Shown here in pieces: positions 9,664 to 20,115 of a stretch of 54,080 nucleotides of DNA. How positions within the stretch are numbered: the first letter of the stretch is position 1; every line of letters begins with the position of its first letter. This DNA comes from a bacterium (GTDB taxonomy: Bacteria; Zhuqueibacterota; Zhuqueibacteria; Oceanimicrobiales; Oceanimicrobiaceae), in the NCBI GenBank assembly GCA_046757525.1, contig JBHHYI010000007.1:1-54080 (forward strand), in the 5' to 3' direction. The position numbers were made by a program, and so were the translations under genes. The notes beneath the pieces are model-generated. The model did not search any database. It worked only from the letters and a program-made list of their open reading frames with translations, and was not told where the DNA came from.

Positions 9664-9801
9664 ATAGGGTGGTTAGACAGCCCTGTGTTGACGCCACAAG
9701 GCGGTTGTCGGATCGAGATGACCTGGCTGAGCTTACCATGGTGAAGGTTGCGGTCAAGCAGTACTTACAGTCATTTAAGCCAGTCCCTTCCAGGAAAAGT
9801 A

Positions 9802-9830
9802 TTGACTTTCGTCGCAAAAATTAATATATT
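9802..9830 (+). promoter_or_regulatory. Sigma-70-type promoter for tRNA-Leu/tig
   Basis: TTGACT-17 nt-TATATT, 11 nt before the tRNA. Confidence 0.75.
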
Positions 9831-9841
9831 TTTGCCGTTCT

Positions 9842-9923
9842 GCGAGAGTGGCGGAATTGGCAGACGCGCTAGATTTAGGATCTAGTGTCTTCGGACGTGT
9901 GGGTTCAAATCCCTCCTCTCGCA
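9842..9923 (+). tRNA. tRNA-Leu(TAG); CCA not encoded
   Basis: GCGAGAG/CTCTCGC acceptor stem; CTAGA-TTTAGGA-TCTAG anticodon arm; long variable arm; GGTTCAAATCC T arm; usual position upstream of tig. Confidence 0.96.
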
Positions 9924-9987
9924 CAAATCACATTCATATAAGGCACATGAATTCAATTGATTAACCCTTTTATTTTTTGGAAGGATT

Positions 9988-11283
9988 TTGGAAACTAAGA
10001 TATCGGATCAGGGGAATCATCAAAAAGTTGTCGTCGTGGACGTTCCTGCAGATGAAATGCAGCCTCATCTTGAATCGGTTTACCGTAAGTACCAGAAAAC
10101 CATTCGCTTGGAAGGATTTAGAAAGGGCAAGGTGCCGTTGGCCCTGGTCAAACAACTTTATGGCAAGCAGATTGAATCGGAAGCAATTGAAGAGATCGTC
10201 CAGGACCTTTATCAGGAAGTCAAGGAAGAGGAAAACATCAAAGCGGTGGCCCCCGCTAAACTGGAGGACGTAAACTACACGGAAGAGTCCGGCCTGCATT
10301 TCAAGGCGGTGGTGGAGGTTGTTCCGGAGTTTGAGTTGAAGCGCTACAAGGACCTTACCATAGAACGGGAGGTGTACGAAGTTAGCGACGACGATGTGGC
10401 CGAGGCCCTGGAGGACGTGAGAGATGAAATGGCCGTGATGAACCCCATAGAAGAGGCTGCGCAAGAAGATCACTTTGTGCTTGCTGATTTTCAGGAAATA
10501 GACCCAGCCGGCGTCCCGGTCATCGGTAAGAAATTTGTGGATCGGTTCTTCCAGTTGAGCAAAGAAGCGCAGAACAAGGAGATAGCCGAGCAGTTGATTG
10601 GTGTGAAGGCCGGCGAGACACGCAGGGTGACCATTGCCGCTGACCATAATGGTCAGGAACAAGCTCACGATGAGATTTATGAGGTCAAGGTGAAGGAAGT
10701 CAAGGAGAAGCAACTTCCAGAACTTGACGATGAATTGGCGAAAGACGTCGGAAACTTCCAGACCCTGGATCAGCTTAAAGAGGATATCAGAAAACGATTG
10801 ATCAGGCAGACGGAAGCGGGCGCCCGACGTCGTTTGCACCAGGCGCTGATCGACGAAGTGCTCAAGAATAACTTGTTTGAGATTCCCGAAACCATGATCT
10901 CAAATTATCTGGATGTTCTTTTTGAAAGTGCACAAAGAGACTCCAATGACCAGTTGGATGAGGAGCAATTCAAGCGAGATTACCGGGCCAATGCTATTTG
11001 GAATCTCAAATGGATGCTGGTAATGGAGAAATTAGCAGAGATCGAAAATATCGTGGTCACTGATGAGGACAGGCAAGCCTACGTGCACCGGCTCTCGGAG
11101 GAACGCAGGCTCGATGAGAAAAAACTCTGGAAATCCTTCCGGAGCAAAGAGGCCCAAAAGCGTCTAAACGATGATGTCTTGGAGCAAAAAGTCTTGGATT
11201 TCTTAGAGCAGCATGCCAAGGTCAGGGACAAAAAGGTAACGCGGAAGGACCTCGAGACCTCGAGGTTGGCGGAAATTGCCTGA
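9988..11283 (+). CDS. tig: Trigger factor (TTG start)
   Basis: GFRKGKVP ribosome-binding motif; synteny with clpP/clpX. Confidence 0.95.
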   Translation: METKISDQGNHQKVVVVDVPADEMQPHLESVYRKYQKTIRLEGFRKGKVPLALVKQLYGKQIESEAIEEIVQDLYQEVKEEENIKAVAPAKLEDVNYTEESGLHFKAVVEVVPEFELKRYKDLTIEREVYEVSDDDVAEALEDVRDEMAVMNPIEEAAQEDHFVLADFQEIDPAGVPVIGKKFVDRFFQLSKEAQNKEIAEQLIGVKAGETRRVTIAADHNGQEQAHDEIYEVKVKEVKEKQLPELDDELAKDVGNFQTLDQLKEDIRKRLIRQTEAGARRRLHQALIDEVLKNNLFEIPETMISNYLDVLFESAQRDSNDQLDEEQFKRDYRANAIWNLKWMLVMEKLAEIENIVVTDEDRQAYVHRLSEERRLDEKKLWKSFRSKEAQKRLNDDVLEQKVLDFLEQHAKVRDKKVTRKDLETSRLAEIA

Positions 11284-11360
11284 TTTCTTGCAGCGCCGGG
11301 CCTCGAGCAGGCTCATTTTCAAAAAACTTTGTAATTAATAATCTTAAAGAGCTTTGAATT

Positions 11361-11969
11361 ATGGGATTAGTACCAATCGTTGTCGAGCAAACTGGCCGGG
11401 GTGAGCGCGCTTATGATATTTTCTCCCGACTGTTGAAAGAGCGGATCATCTTTATTGGGACTGCTATGGACGACGCGGTCGCCAGTTTGATTATCGCGCA
11501 GTTGCTATTTCTCGAAGCCGACGACCCGGAGAAAGATATTTCGCTGTACATCAATTCGCCCGGGGGCCATGTGTCGGCCGGATTGGCTATCTATGATACC
11601 ATGCAGCACGTTAAACCCGACGTGGTGACCTACTGCATGGGGCAGGCATCCAGTATGGGGGCCGTTCTTCTGGCGGCCGGGGCTAACAAAAAGCGCTTCG
11701 CCTTGCCGCATGCCAGAATTATGATTCATCAGCCGTTAGGGGGAGCGCAGGGGCAGGCTGCAGATATCGATATCCACGCGAAAGAAATTTTAACCCTCAA
11801 GGAGAAATTGAATCAGATTTTAGCGATTCACACGGGTCAATCGACAGAAAAAATTGCAAAAGACACCGACCGGAATTTCTTCATGTCCGCAGAAGAGGCG
11901 AAAAAATATGGAATCATTGATGAAGTGTTGGATAGATCGGGATTGACGAAGAAGAGGGCCAGCAAGTGA
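11361..11969 (+). CDS. clpP: Clp protease proteolytic subunit
   Basis: [31 protein letters not shown]. Confidence 0.97.
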   Translation: MGLVPIVVEQTGRGERAYDIFSRLLKERIIFIGTAMDDAVASLIIAQLLFLEADDPEKDISLYINSPGGHVSAGLAIYDTMQHVKPDVVTYCMGQASSMGAVLLAAGANKKRFALPHARIMIHQPLGGAQGQAADIDIHAKEILTLKEKLNQILAIHTGQSTEKIAKDTDRNFFMSAEEAKKYGIIDEVLDRSGLTKKRASK

Positions 11970-11999
11970 CCGACATCGAATTAAGGAGATAAGAACGGT

Positions 12000-13247
12000 T
12001 TGGCGGAGCGACAGAAAAGAGAACGACTCATATTTTGTTCATTTTGTGGCAAGAACTCCAACCAGGTTGGCTGCATTGTCACCGGCCCCGATGTTTATAT
12101 TTGCAATGAGTGCGTCATCAACGCCAGCAAGATCATTCGGGAAGATGTTGATCGTCATGGCGCTTTGTTCCAGGGTCAGAGTTTTTTACCCTCGGACATC
12201 AAGCGAGTCTTTGACGATTACGTCGTTGGTCAGGATATTGCCAAAAAGAAACTGTCCGTTGCTGTCTACAATCACTACAAACGCATAAGGTCCTATGATG
12301 CGTTGGATGAAGTAGAGCTTGAAAAGAGCAACATTCTTCTCATCGGTCCCACTGGAAGCGGTAAGACCCTTCTTGCACAAACCCTGGCGCGTTTTCTTCA
12401 AGTTCCGTTCACAATTGCCGATGCCACCACACTGACGGAGGCCGGCTACGTGGGGGAAGATGTGGAAAACATCCTGGTTCGGCTGCTACAAGCCTCTGAA
12501 TATGACGTGGAAAAAGCCGAAAGGGGCATCGTTTATATCGATGAAATTGACAAAATTGCGCGCAAAGACGGCAATCCGTCCATAACCCGCGATGTTTCAG
12601 GGGAAGGGGTTCAGCAGGCATTCTTGAAGTTATTAGAAGGGACCATGGCGGCGGTGCCGCCCAAAGGGGGCAGAAAACATCCCGAACAGAATCTGATCAA
12701 TATCAATACGAAGAATATCCTGTTTATTTGCGGCGGCGCTTTTGTAGGCCTTGAGGATATCATCAGCAGCCGGATTGGCAAAAAAGTCATTGGCTTTGGC
12801 AGCGATGAGCCGGACAAGCATTCTAAGGCTTTCGGCGATCTGTTGCGGCATGTGGAACCTGAAGATCTGCTAAAATTCGGCTTAATCCCAGAACTCATTG
12901 GCAGACTGCCCGTGTTGGCCGTTTTGGATGAACTCGATGAACAGGCGCTGCTGACCATATTGCAAAAACCCAAAAATGCCCTGACCAAGCAATATGGGAG
13001 GCTTTTCGAAATCGACGGTGTTGAATTGGAGTTCGAACCAGAAGCTTTGCAAGCCATAGTACGACTGGCCGTGAAACGTGGCACCGGCGCCCGGGCGCTG
13101 CGGGCGATCTTTGAAGAAGTTATGCTGGACATGATGTATGAGCTTCCCTCACGCGAGGAGGTGAAAGTTTGTCTCATCACCAAAGATGCAATATTGAACA
13201 AAAAAGAACCCATTTACACATTTAAGAAAATCAAAAAAAGAGCGTGA
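12000..13247 (+). CDS. clpX: Clp protease ATPase subunit (TTG start)
   Basis: CSFCG...CNEC zinc finger, [16 protein letters not shown] loop. Confidence 0.97.
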   Translation: MAERQKRERLIFCSFCGKNSNQVGCIVTGPDVYICNECVINASKIIREDVDRHGALFQGQSFLPSDIKRVFDDYVVGQDIAKKKLSVAVYNHYKRIRSYDALDEVELEKSNILLIGPTGSGKTLLAQTLARFLQVPFTIADATTLTEAGYVGEDVENILVRLLQASEYDVEKAERGIVYIDEIDKIARKDGNPSITRDVSGEGVQQAFLKLLEGTMAAVPPKGGRKHPEQNLININTKNILFICGGAFVGLEDIISSRIGKKVIGFGSDEPDKHSKAFGDLLRHVEPEDLLKFGLIPELIGRLPVLAVLDELDEQALLTILQKPKNALTKQYGRLFEIDGVELEFEPEALQAIVRLAVKRGTGARALRAIFEEVMLDMMYELPSREEVKVCLITKDAILNKKEPIYTFKKIKKRA

Positions 13248-13466
13248 GCGGGGGAACCACCGACCGGAAGCGTGTAAGGAGGCATGTTTGGAGAAGCTGG
13301 CCCTTTTGGTGAGATTATAGGAAGTAGTCCGCAGCCCTTTGGGGCACGACTCAGTGAAATGATCAAGCTCAGCTACACGAATTCTTCCTCAATTACCTCG
13401 TGGTAAGTGGTGGAAGATTTTTTATTTTGGATTAACCTGATTGGGTGAGAGGTAATACCAATTCCT

Positions 13467-15809
13467 ATGCAGAAAATTGTCAGAAACAATTCCATTATCG
13501 AGATTAACAATCGTTTGCCTGTTTTGCCGTTGAAGGACGTGATCGTTTTTCCCTACATGCTGTTTCCGCTCTTGATCGGACGCGCATCGTCGTTGAAGGC
13601 CATTGAAGAGTCCATGATTTACGACAAATTGATCTTTCTTGCGGCGCAAAAGGATGCTTTTAAGGAGGAGCCGAGCAAGGAAGATCTCTACCGGTTTGGC
13701 GTTGTTGCACGCATCGTTCAGGCTGTTAAGTTGCCCAACGGCCTGATCAAGATCCTGGTGGAAGGCATTGTGCGCGCCAGAATTACACGGTTTTTCACCA
13801 TTACCGATCACATGCAGGCGCGCATCGAAATCGTCGAAGATACCGACGAGCTGTCGGCAGTGATGCAGGCCAAAATGCGCAAGGTCGGTGCGTTGTTCAA
13901 AGACTACGTTCGTTTGAATCGCAACTTACCCGATGAGATTCTTTTGAGCGTCGAGAACGTGGAGGAACCCCACCAGTTTGCCGACATTGTGGCCTCGCAT
14001 ATCCAAAAGAATCTCAAAACCAAGCAGCATTTGTTGGAGACGGTCAAGGTTGAAGACCAGTTACTGGAGCTGATCAAGATTCTCGGGGCGGAAATGGAAA
14101 TTCTGGAAATCGAGATGGACATCGAAGAAAAGGTGCGTGGCCGTATTCAGAAATCGCAAAAGAACATCTACCTGCAAGAACAGATCCGGGTAATGCAGGA
14201 CGAGTTGGGCGAGGACGGCGAACTCAACGGCGAACTGGCCTTCCTGGGAGAAAAAATCAGGAAAGCGCGCATGTCGGCGGAAGCCCAGGAGCGCGCTTAC
14301 GAAGAGTTGGACAAACTCCGCAACACGTCCCCCTATTCTCCGGAAGCCACGGTCATCCGCAACTATCTTGACTGGCTTCTGGCTGTGCCCTGGTATCAAA
14401 AGACTAAAGACAATCTGGACATTCAGACGGCGAGCAAGATTCTCGATAAGGATCACTACGGGTTGAGTAAACCCAAGGAGAGAATCCTCGAACATCTGGC
14501 GGTGCTCAAATTATCCAGGAAAATGAGAGGCCCCATTCTCTGTTTTGTCGGTCCTCCGGGCGTGGGCAAGACCTCGCTGGGAAAGTCTGTCGCGCGGGCC
14601 ATGGGCAGAAACTTTGTCCGCATTTCTTTGGGCGGCGTTCGGGACGAAGCGGAGATTCGGGGGCACCGCCGAACTTACATCGGCTCCATGCCCGGCAAAA
14701 TCATTCAGAACATGAAGAAAGCAAAAACCACCAACCCGGTCTTTCTACTGGATGAAATCGACAAGATGAGTATGGATTTTCGCGGCGACCCCTCGGCGGC
14801 GCTCCTGGAAGTTTTGGACCCGGAACAGAACTGCGCCTTCAACGACCATTATTTGGAAGTGGACTACGATTTGGCAAAAGTTCTGTTCATTACAACTGCC
14901 AATTTGCAAAACCAGATTCCAGAGCCGCTGCAAGATCGGATGGAAATCATCAATCTGCCTGGCTATCTTGAATATGAAAAGCTGGCCATTGCCCAGAATT
15001 TCTTGATCCCCAAACTTTTCAAAGAACACGGTTTGAAATCCGACTGTCTGCAGTTTAACAAGAGCGCTATTTTGGAAATCATCAGAACGTACACTCGCGA
15101 GGCCGGGGTGCGCAATTTGGAACGCGAATTGTCGAAGATTTGCAGAAAAGTTGCTAAAGAAATCGTTGAGCACGGCAAAGGCAAGAAAGTTGTCATTACC
15201 AGGAAAAACTTTCAGCCCTATTTAGGTGTTCCCAGGTTTCCGGAACGGCCGTTGGAACAGGAGAATCTGGTGGGGGCAGCCGTTGGGTTGGCCTGGACAC
15301 GCTACGGTGGCGAAGTACTGCAAATCGAGGTCAACCTCATGAAAGGCAAGGGAAATTTGTCCCTGACCGGCAAATTGGGGGACGTCATGCAGGAGTCGGC
15401 CAAAGCAGCCCTTTCTTATGCCAGAACCAACGCTCAGAGATTGCAGCTCAAAGGTGAGTTCTGGAAAAACCAGGATATTCACATCCACATTCCCGAGGGG
15501 GCTACGCCCAAAGACGGACCATCGGCGGGCATCACCATTGCCGCGGCTCTCATTTCAGCGCTGAGCGATCGCGCGGTAAAAAAGGACGTAGCTATGACTG
15601 GCGAAATAACCCTCCGGGGTGGCGTGCTGGGCATCGGCGGCTTAAACGAAAAACTGATGGCAGCGCAGCGCTTTGGGGTCAAGACGGTGATCATTCCAAA
15701 AGAGAATGAGAGGGAATTGCTTGAAATTCACGATCAGGTGAAGAAGGGCCTGAAAATAATCGCTGTGCAGCGCATGGATGAAGTGTTAAAAGAGGCGCTG
15801 GTGAGTTAG
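13467..15809 (+). CDS. lon: Lon protease
   Basis: LPVLPL N-domain, GPPGVGKT, PKDGPSAG, catalytic Lys in GLNEKL. Confidence 0.97.
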   Translation: MQKIVRNNSIIEINNRLPVLPLKDVIVFPYMLFPLLIGRASSLKAIEESMIYDKLIFLAAQKDAFKEEPSKEDLYRFGVVARIVQAVKLPNGLIKILVEGIVRARITRFFTITDHMQARIEIVEDTDELSAVMQAKMRKVGALFKDYVRLNRNLPDEILLSVENVEEPHQFADIVASHIQKNLKTKQHLLETVKVEDQLLELIKILGAEMEILEIEMDIEEKVRGRIQKSQKNIYLQEQIRVMQDELGEDGELNGELAFLGEKIRKARMSAEAQERAYEELDKLRNTSPYSPEATVIRNYLDWLLAVPWYQKTKDNLDIQTASKILDKDHYGLSKPKERILEHLAVLKLSRKMRGPILCFVGPPGVGKTSLGKSVARAMGRNFVRISLGGVRDEAEIRGHRRTYIGSMPGKIIQNMKKAKTTNPVFLLDEIDKMSMDFRGDPSAALLEVLDPEQNCAFNDHYLEVDYDLAKVLFITTANLQNQIPEPLQDRMEIINLPGYLEYEKLAIAQNFLIPKLFKEHGLKSDCLQFNKSAILEIIRTYTREAGVRNLERELSKICRKVAKEIVEHGKGKKVVITRKNFQPYLGVPRFPERPLEQENLVGAAVGLAWTRYGGEVLQIEVNLMKGKGNLSLTGKLGDVMQESAKAALSYARTNAQRLQLKGEFWKNQDIHIHIPEGATPKDGPSAGITIAAALISALSDRAVKKDVAMTGEITLRGGVLGIGGLNEKLMAAQRFGVKTVIIPKENERELLEIHDQVKKGLKIIAVQRMDEVLKEALVS

Positions 15810-16002
15810 TTGATGCCTGACGCAAACCTCTCTTCGGATTGGGCGTTTCAACCGCACGAAGTAAGGGAGAAGCACCCGAACTTCGAGTCGGGCAAAAGAG
15901 TCGTTCGCTCAAGCATCCCGGGCGGCGGACTGTTCTTTTGGGGGGCACGTGTCGAGGTGCTCTTTTACGCCGGTCGGCACCAGCCGTTGAGGGTGTTAAC
16001 AG

Positions 16003-16578
16003 ATGAAAATACTTTCGGTAGAATTCGTGAAGAGCGTGCAGGACGTCAAAGAGATTCCGCGGGACGGATTGGCAGAAATCGCCTTTTCAGGCAGGTCCAA
16101 TGTGGGTAAGTCCCGTCTAATCAATTGCTTGCTAAATCGGAAAAAGATGGCTAAAACCAGTTCGACCCCGGGTAAAACCCGGCAGATCAATTATTTCAGA
16201 ATAAACGGAGCGTTTTTTTTTGTCGATCTTCCCGGTTATGGCTTTGCCAGGGTCTCCAAATCTGAAAAAGTGCTCTGGCAGCGGCTCATCGAATCTTACA
16301 TTAAACAGAGTCGACAATTAAAAGGTGTGGTTGCCATAATCGACAGTCGGATTGGACCAACTCCATTGGACCTGCAGCTCTTCGGCTGGTTAAGTAGCCT
16401 GAAGGTGCCCATGACTGTGGTGGCCACAAAGTCCGACAAGCTCTCGAATAATGCCTTGAATCAGCGCCTGGCCCAATATTCAAAGCAGTTGCAGGCAAGC
16501 ATTTACCCCTTTTCTGCGGTTTCCGGGATGGGTAAGCGAGCGCTGTGGAAGGAAATATTAACTACTTTGGAGTTATGA
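16003..16578 (+). CDS. engB: Ribosome biogenesis GTPase YihA/YsxC
   Basis: GRSNVGKS, TPGKT, DLPGYG, TKSDK. Confidence 0.95.
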   Translation: MKILSVEFVKSVQDVKEIPRDGLAEIAFSGRSNVGKSRLINCLLNRKKMAKTSSTPGKTRQINYFRINGAFFFVDLPGYGFARVSKSEKVLWQRLIESYIKQSRQLKGVVAIIDSRIGPTPLDLQLFGWLSSLKVPMTVVATKSDKLSNNALNQRLAQYSKQLQASIYPFSAVSGMGKRALWKEILTTLEL

Positions 16579-16581
16579 AAG

Positions 16582-17739
16582 ATGCGCGAAAGACTTTTTA
16601 CGCCTGGTCCAACACAAGTGCCGGAACGGGTTCAGGTGGCCATGTCCAATCCTCTGGTGCACCACCGCGGTCCTGCTTTTAGAGTAATTTTTCAACAAGT
16701 CATTGAGGACCTCAAATATTTTTTCCAAACCGAAGGCGATGTTTTGACTTTTACTTCATCGGGCACCGGAGCCATGGAAGCCTCTGTGGTGAATTTGCTT
16801 TCCAGGGGCGACGCGGTGCTGGCCGTCTCCGGGGGCAAATTCGGGCAGCGGTGGTCCGAGTTGTGCAACGCTTATGGTGCGGACACGACCACCCTGGAAG
16901 TGCCGTGGGGCGAAGCCGTGGATCCGGCTGCCATCGAAGCGCATTTGGCCGCACACCCGGAAACCGTGGCCGTGTTCATCACGCACAGCGAGACCTCTAC
17001 CGGGGTAGCCGCCGATGCGCAGTCCATCGCCAGGATCGTACGGGAAAAATCCGATGCCCTCCTGGTGGTCGATGCGATTACTTCAGCCGGGGTGCTGCCG
17101 TTTAAAATGGATGAGTGGGGCATCGACGTTGCCGTGACCGGGTCGCAGAAAGGGCTGATGATTCCGCCGGGACTGGCAGCGGTCGCCTTTAATGCTCGCG
17201 CAGCGAAGAAAGTCGACGAATCGGATTTGCCCAAATTCTATTTTGATTTCAAGAAGGAAAGAGCGGCGCAGGAAAAGCAAACTTCCGCCTGGACGCCGGC
17301 CATCACGCTGTTCATGGCCATGCGCGAGGCCTTGAGCATGATTCGGGAAAAGGGACTGGAAAACCTGTGGGAAAAGTACTCTCAGTTGGCGCGGGCCACT
17401 CGCGAGGGTGCGGTGGCTCTGGGGTTGGAGCTGTTTGCGAAATCGCCGTCCAATTCACTCACCGCGGTCAAAATTCCACCAGCTTTTGACGGAGTCAAAT
17501 TCGTTCAGCACCTGAGAGAGAAGTACGGCATTACCGTGGCCGGCGGACAGGCGCACTTGAAAGGAAAGATTTTCCGCATCGCCCACATGGGCTACTACGA
17601 CGCGCTCGACATGGTCGCCATGGCCGCTGGCTTAGAATTGACCCTGGCCGATTTCGGTTGGCAATTTGATCCCGGCATCGGCGTGGCCGCGGTGCAAAAA
17701 ATATTCATGCAGAACAACACCTCATCGCACACCTTTTAG
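16582..17739 (+). CDS. Class V PLP aminotransferase (serine-pyruvate/alanine-glyoxylate family; possible SerC substitute)
   Basis: TPGP, SSGTGAME, HSETSTG, DAITS, GSQKG. Confidence 0.9.
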   Translation: MRERLFTPGPTQVPERVQVAMSNPLVHHRGPAFRVIFQQVIEDLKYFFQTEGDVLTFTSSGTGAMEASVVNLLSRGDAVLAVSGGKFGQRWSELCNAYGADTTTLEVPWGEAVDPAAIEAHLAAHPETVAVFITHSETSTGVAADAQSIARIVREKSDALLVVDAITSAGVLPFKMDEWGIDVAVTGSQKGLMIPPGLAAVAFNARAAKKVDESDLPKFYFDFKKERAAQEKQTSAWTPAITLFMAMREALSMIREKGLENLWEKYSQLARATREGAVALGLELFAKSPSNSLTAVKIPPAFDGVKFVQHLREKYGITVAGGQAHLKGKIFRIAHMGYYDALDMVAMAAGLELTLADFGWQFDPGIGVAAVQKIFMQNNTSSHTF

Positions 17740-17750
17740 CGGGTTGAATC

Positions 17751-18707
17751 ATGACGACCTGGAAAGTATTGATTTCGGACCCGGTGGCAGACGTCTGCAC
17801 CGAGATTCTAAACGAACACCACTTGAAAGTAGACCTGCTGCCAGGTCTGCCTCCTCACGAGCTTTGCGAAAGAATAGCCTCGTATCACGGGTTGATCGTT
17901 CGCAGCGGCACCAAAGTCACCGCTGAGGTGATTTCACACGCACGCAACCTCAAAATCATCGGGCGTGCCGGCGTGGGTGTCGACAACATCGACGTGGCCG
18001 CAGCCACGGGCCGCGGCATCGCCGTGCTCAACGCTGTTTCCGGAAACACCATTTCCACCGCCGAGCATGCGTTTGCGCTCATGTTATCGCTGGCGCGGCG
18101 AATTCCGGAAGCCCAGATCTCGTTGCTCAAAGGCGAATGGCAGCGCAGCAAGTTTAAAGGCGTTGAACTGTTCGGCAAGACCCTGGGCGTTGTGGGCATG
18201 GGAAGAATCGGTAGAGAAGTGGCCAGGCGCGCCCAGGCCTTTGGCATGCAGGTGGTGGCGTTCGATCCTCTCATCGAGGCCCGTGTGTTCGAGGAATTGG
18301 GCGTGCAGTCGTGCGACTTGCAGGAGCTCTTCCGCCGCAGCGACTTTGTGACCATTCATGTGCCTTACGGCGAGAAGACCAGGCACCTGGTGGGTGAGGC
18401 GCAATTTAGTGTTTGCAAGAGCAACCTCAGACTCGTAAACGCTTCGCGGGGCGGCGTGGTCGATGAGAACGCTCTGTACCAAGCCCTGTCGGCCAACAGA
18501 ATCGCCGGCGCTGCTTTAGACGTCTTCGAGAAGGAACCGCCGCGAGAGAATCCGCTGTTTCGCCTGGAAAACGTGGTAATTACTCCGCACCTTGGAGCGG
18601 CAACCTCAGACGCGCAACGGAAAGTCGCCGAAGAGATCGCCCGCGCCGTGGTCGGTTTCTTGAACCACGAAAAAGTAGAGAACATCGTCAACCCGGAAGC
18701 TCTTTGA
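17751..18707 (+). CDS. serA: D-3-phosphoglycerate dehydrogenase-like protein, short form without ACT domain
   Basis: GRAGVGVDNID, NTISTAEH, GMGRIG, NASRGG, TPHLGA. Confidence 0.8.
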   Translation: MTTWKVLISDPVADVCTEILNEHHLKVDLLPGLPPHELCERIASYHGLIVRSGTKVTAEVISHARNLKIIGRAGVGVDNIDVAAATGRGIAVLNAVSGNTISTAEHAFALMLSLARRIPEAQISLLKGEWQRSKFKGVELFGKTLGVVGMGRIGREVARRAQAFGMQVVAFDPLIEARVFEELGVQSCDLQELFRRSDFVTIHVPYGEKTRHLVGEAQFSVCKSNLRLVNASRGGVVDENALYQALSANRIAGAALDVFEKEPPRENPLFRLENVVITPHLGAATSDAQRKVAEEIARAVVGFLNHEKVENIVNPEAL

Positions 18708-18744
18708 CGGAAATGGGTAGAACCTGAACACAAGACTAAACCTG

Positions 18745-20106
18745 ATGGCAAAGATTCTAATCGTTGAGGATGACCGCAATACGCTTTCCGGACTCGTAGA
18801 CATTCTGAGTCAAGAGGGATACGAGGTGGTTGGAGCGGAGAACGCTAAGAAAGCGCTGAGAGTGTTGGACAAGGACGCCTTCGATATTTTGTTGACGGAT
18901 TTAAAAATGCCGGACATGAATGGCATGGAACTGTATGAGCGGTCGCTGCCAATGGCTGCCGATATGAAGACCATCGTCATGACCGCTTACAGCTCGGTGA
19001 AGGATGCCGTCGAGGCCATGAAACGAGGGGTTTACGAATATCTCACCAAACCGCTGGACCTGGATGAGTTGTTCGTCATCATCGAAAAGGCCATCGGGGA
19101 GCAAAGGCTTCTGGCCGAGAACAAAGAGCTGAAAAAGCAGGTGCAGTCCACTTACAGTTTCGAAAACATTATCGGCAAAAGCGCAGTCATGCAGCACATT
19201 TTTAGCACCATCGTCAAAGTGGCCAAGACGCAGTCCACGGTGTTGATTCGGGGCGAGAGTGGTACCGGCAAAGAATTGGTGGCCCGCGCCATCCATTACA
19301 ACAGTCCCCGCAGGCAGAAACCTCTGATTGAAATCAGTTGCGCCGCATTTCCGGAAACGTTGCTGGAGAGCGAGCTGTTCGGCTATGAAAAGGGGGCTTT
19401 TACGGGCGCCGATGCCCGCAAGAAAGGGCGGTTCGAATTGGCGCAGGGCGGCACCATCTTTTTGGACGAAATCGGTGAGATTTCCGAAGGGGTGCAGATC
19501 AAACTGCTGCGCGTTTTGCAGGAAAAGGACATTACGCCTCTGGGGGGGACCGAAAGAATCAAAGTCGATGTGCGGCTCATTACAGCGACCAACCGGGACC
19601 TTGAAAGGGCGCTTGCCGAGGAGAAGTTTCGCGAAGATTTGTACTATCGCCTCAACGTCATTCCAATCGTGCTGCCGCCACTGCGCGAACGCAAAGACGA
19701 TATCCCCCTTTTGATTGATCACTTCATAAAAAAATTCAGCCAGGAAAACAAAATGCCCGTGCCTCGCATCTCCGACGAAGCTTTGAAATTGTGCCTGGAA
19801 TACAACTGGCCTGGCAATGTGCGCGAACTTGAAAACGCCTTTGAAAATGCCATCGTGTTGGGCGAAGGCGTGACCATCTTACCAGAACACTTTCCATTTG
19901 GCCTCTACAGCAAGTCTGGCGGCAACCTCAAGATGGATTTTCTTAAGCATGTCGGCTTTAGTTACAAAGAAAAAATGAAAGCCGCAGAAAAGGCGGTCTT
20001 AGCCGACGCCATTCGCAAAGCGGGGGGAAACAAATCTGAAGCCGCCAAGATTCTGGACATCAGTCTGCGGACCATGCGGTACAAGATTAAGAAATATGGA
20101 TTGTAG
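18745..20106 (+). CDS. Sigma-54-dependent response regulator (NtrC family)
   Basis: REC domain, GESGTGKE, intact GAFTGA, FLDEI, WPGNVREL, Fis-type HTH. Confidence 0.95.
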   Translation: MAKILIVEDDRNTLSGLVDILSQEGYEVVGAENAKKALRVLDKDAFDILLTDLKMPDMNGMELYERSLPMAADMKTIVMTAYSSVKDAVEAMKRGVYEYLTKPLDLDELFVIIEKAIGEQRLLAENKELKKQVQSTYSFENIIGKSAVMQHIFSTIVKVAKTQSTVLIRGESGTGKELVARAIHYNSPRRQKPLIEISCAAFPETLLESELFGYEKGAFTGADARKKGRFELAQGGTIFLDEIGEISEGVQIKLLRVLQEKDITPLGGTERIKVDVRLITATNRDLERALAEEKFREDLYYRLNVIPIVLPPLRERKDDIPLLIDHFIKKFSQENKMPVPRISDEALKLCLEYNWPGNVRELENAFENAIVLGEGVTILPEHFPFGLYSKSGGNLKMDFLKHVGFSYKEKMKAAEKAVLADAIRKAGGNKSEAAKILDISLRTMRYKIKKYGL

Positions 20107-20115
20107 ACACTTCTG

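Noticed and set aside
9842..9923. tRNA-Leu as an island integration site
   Set aside because: No duplicate of its 3' end seen, no integrase, and tig follows directly
13284..13406. 40-codon ORF between clpX and lon after AAGGAGG
   Set aside because: SD is only 1 nt from the ATG and the peptide has no recognisable features; cannot be supported
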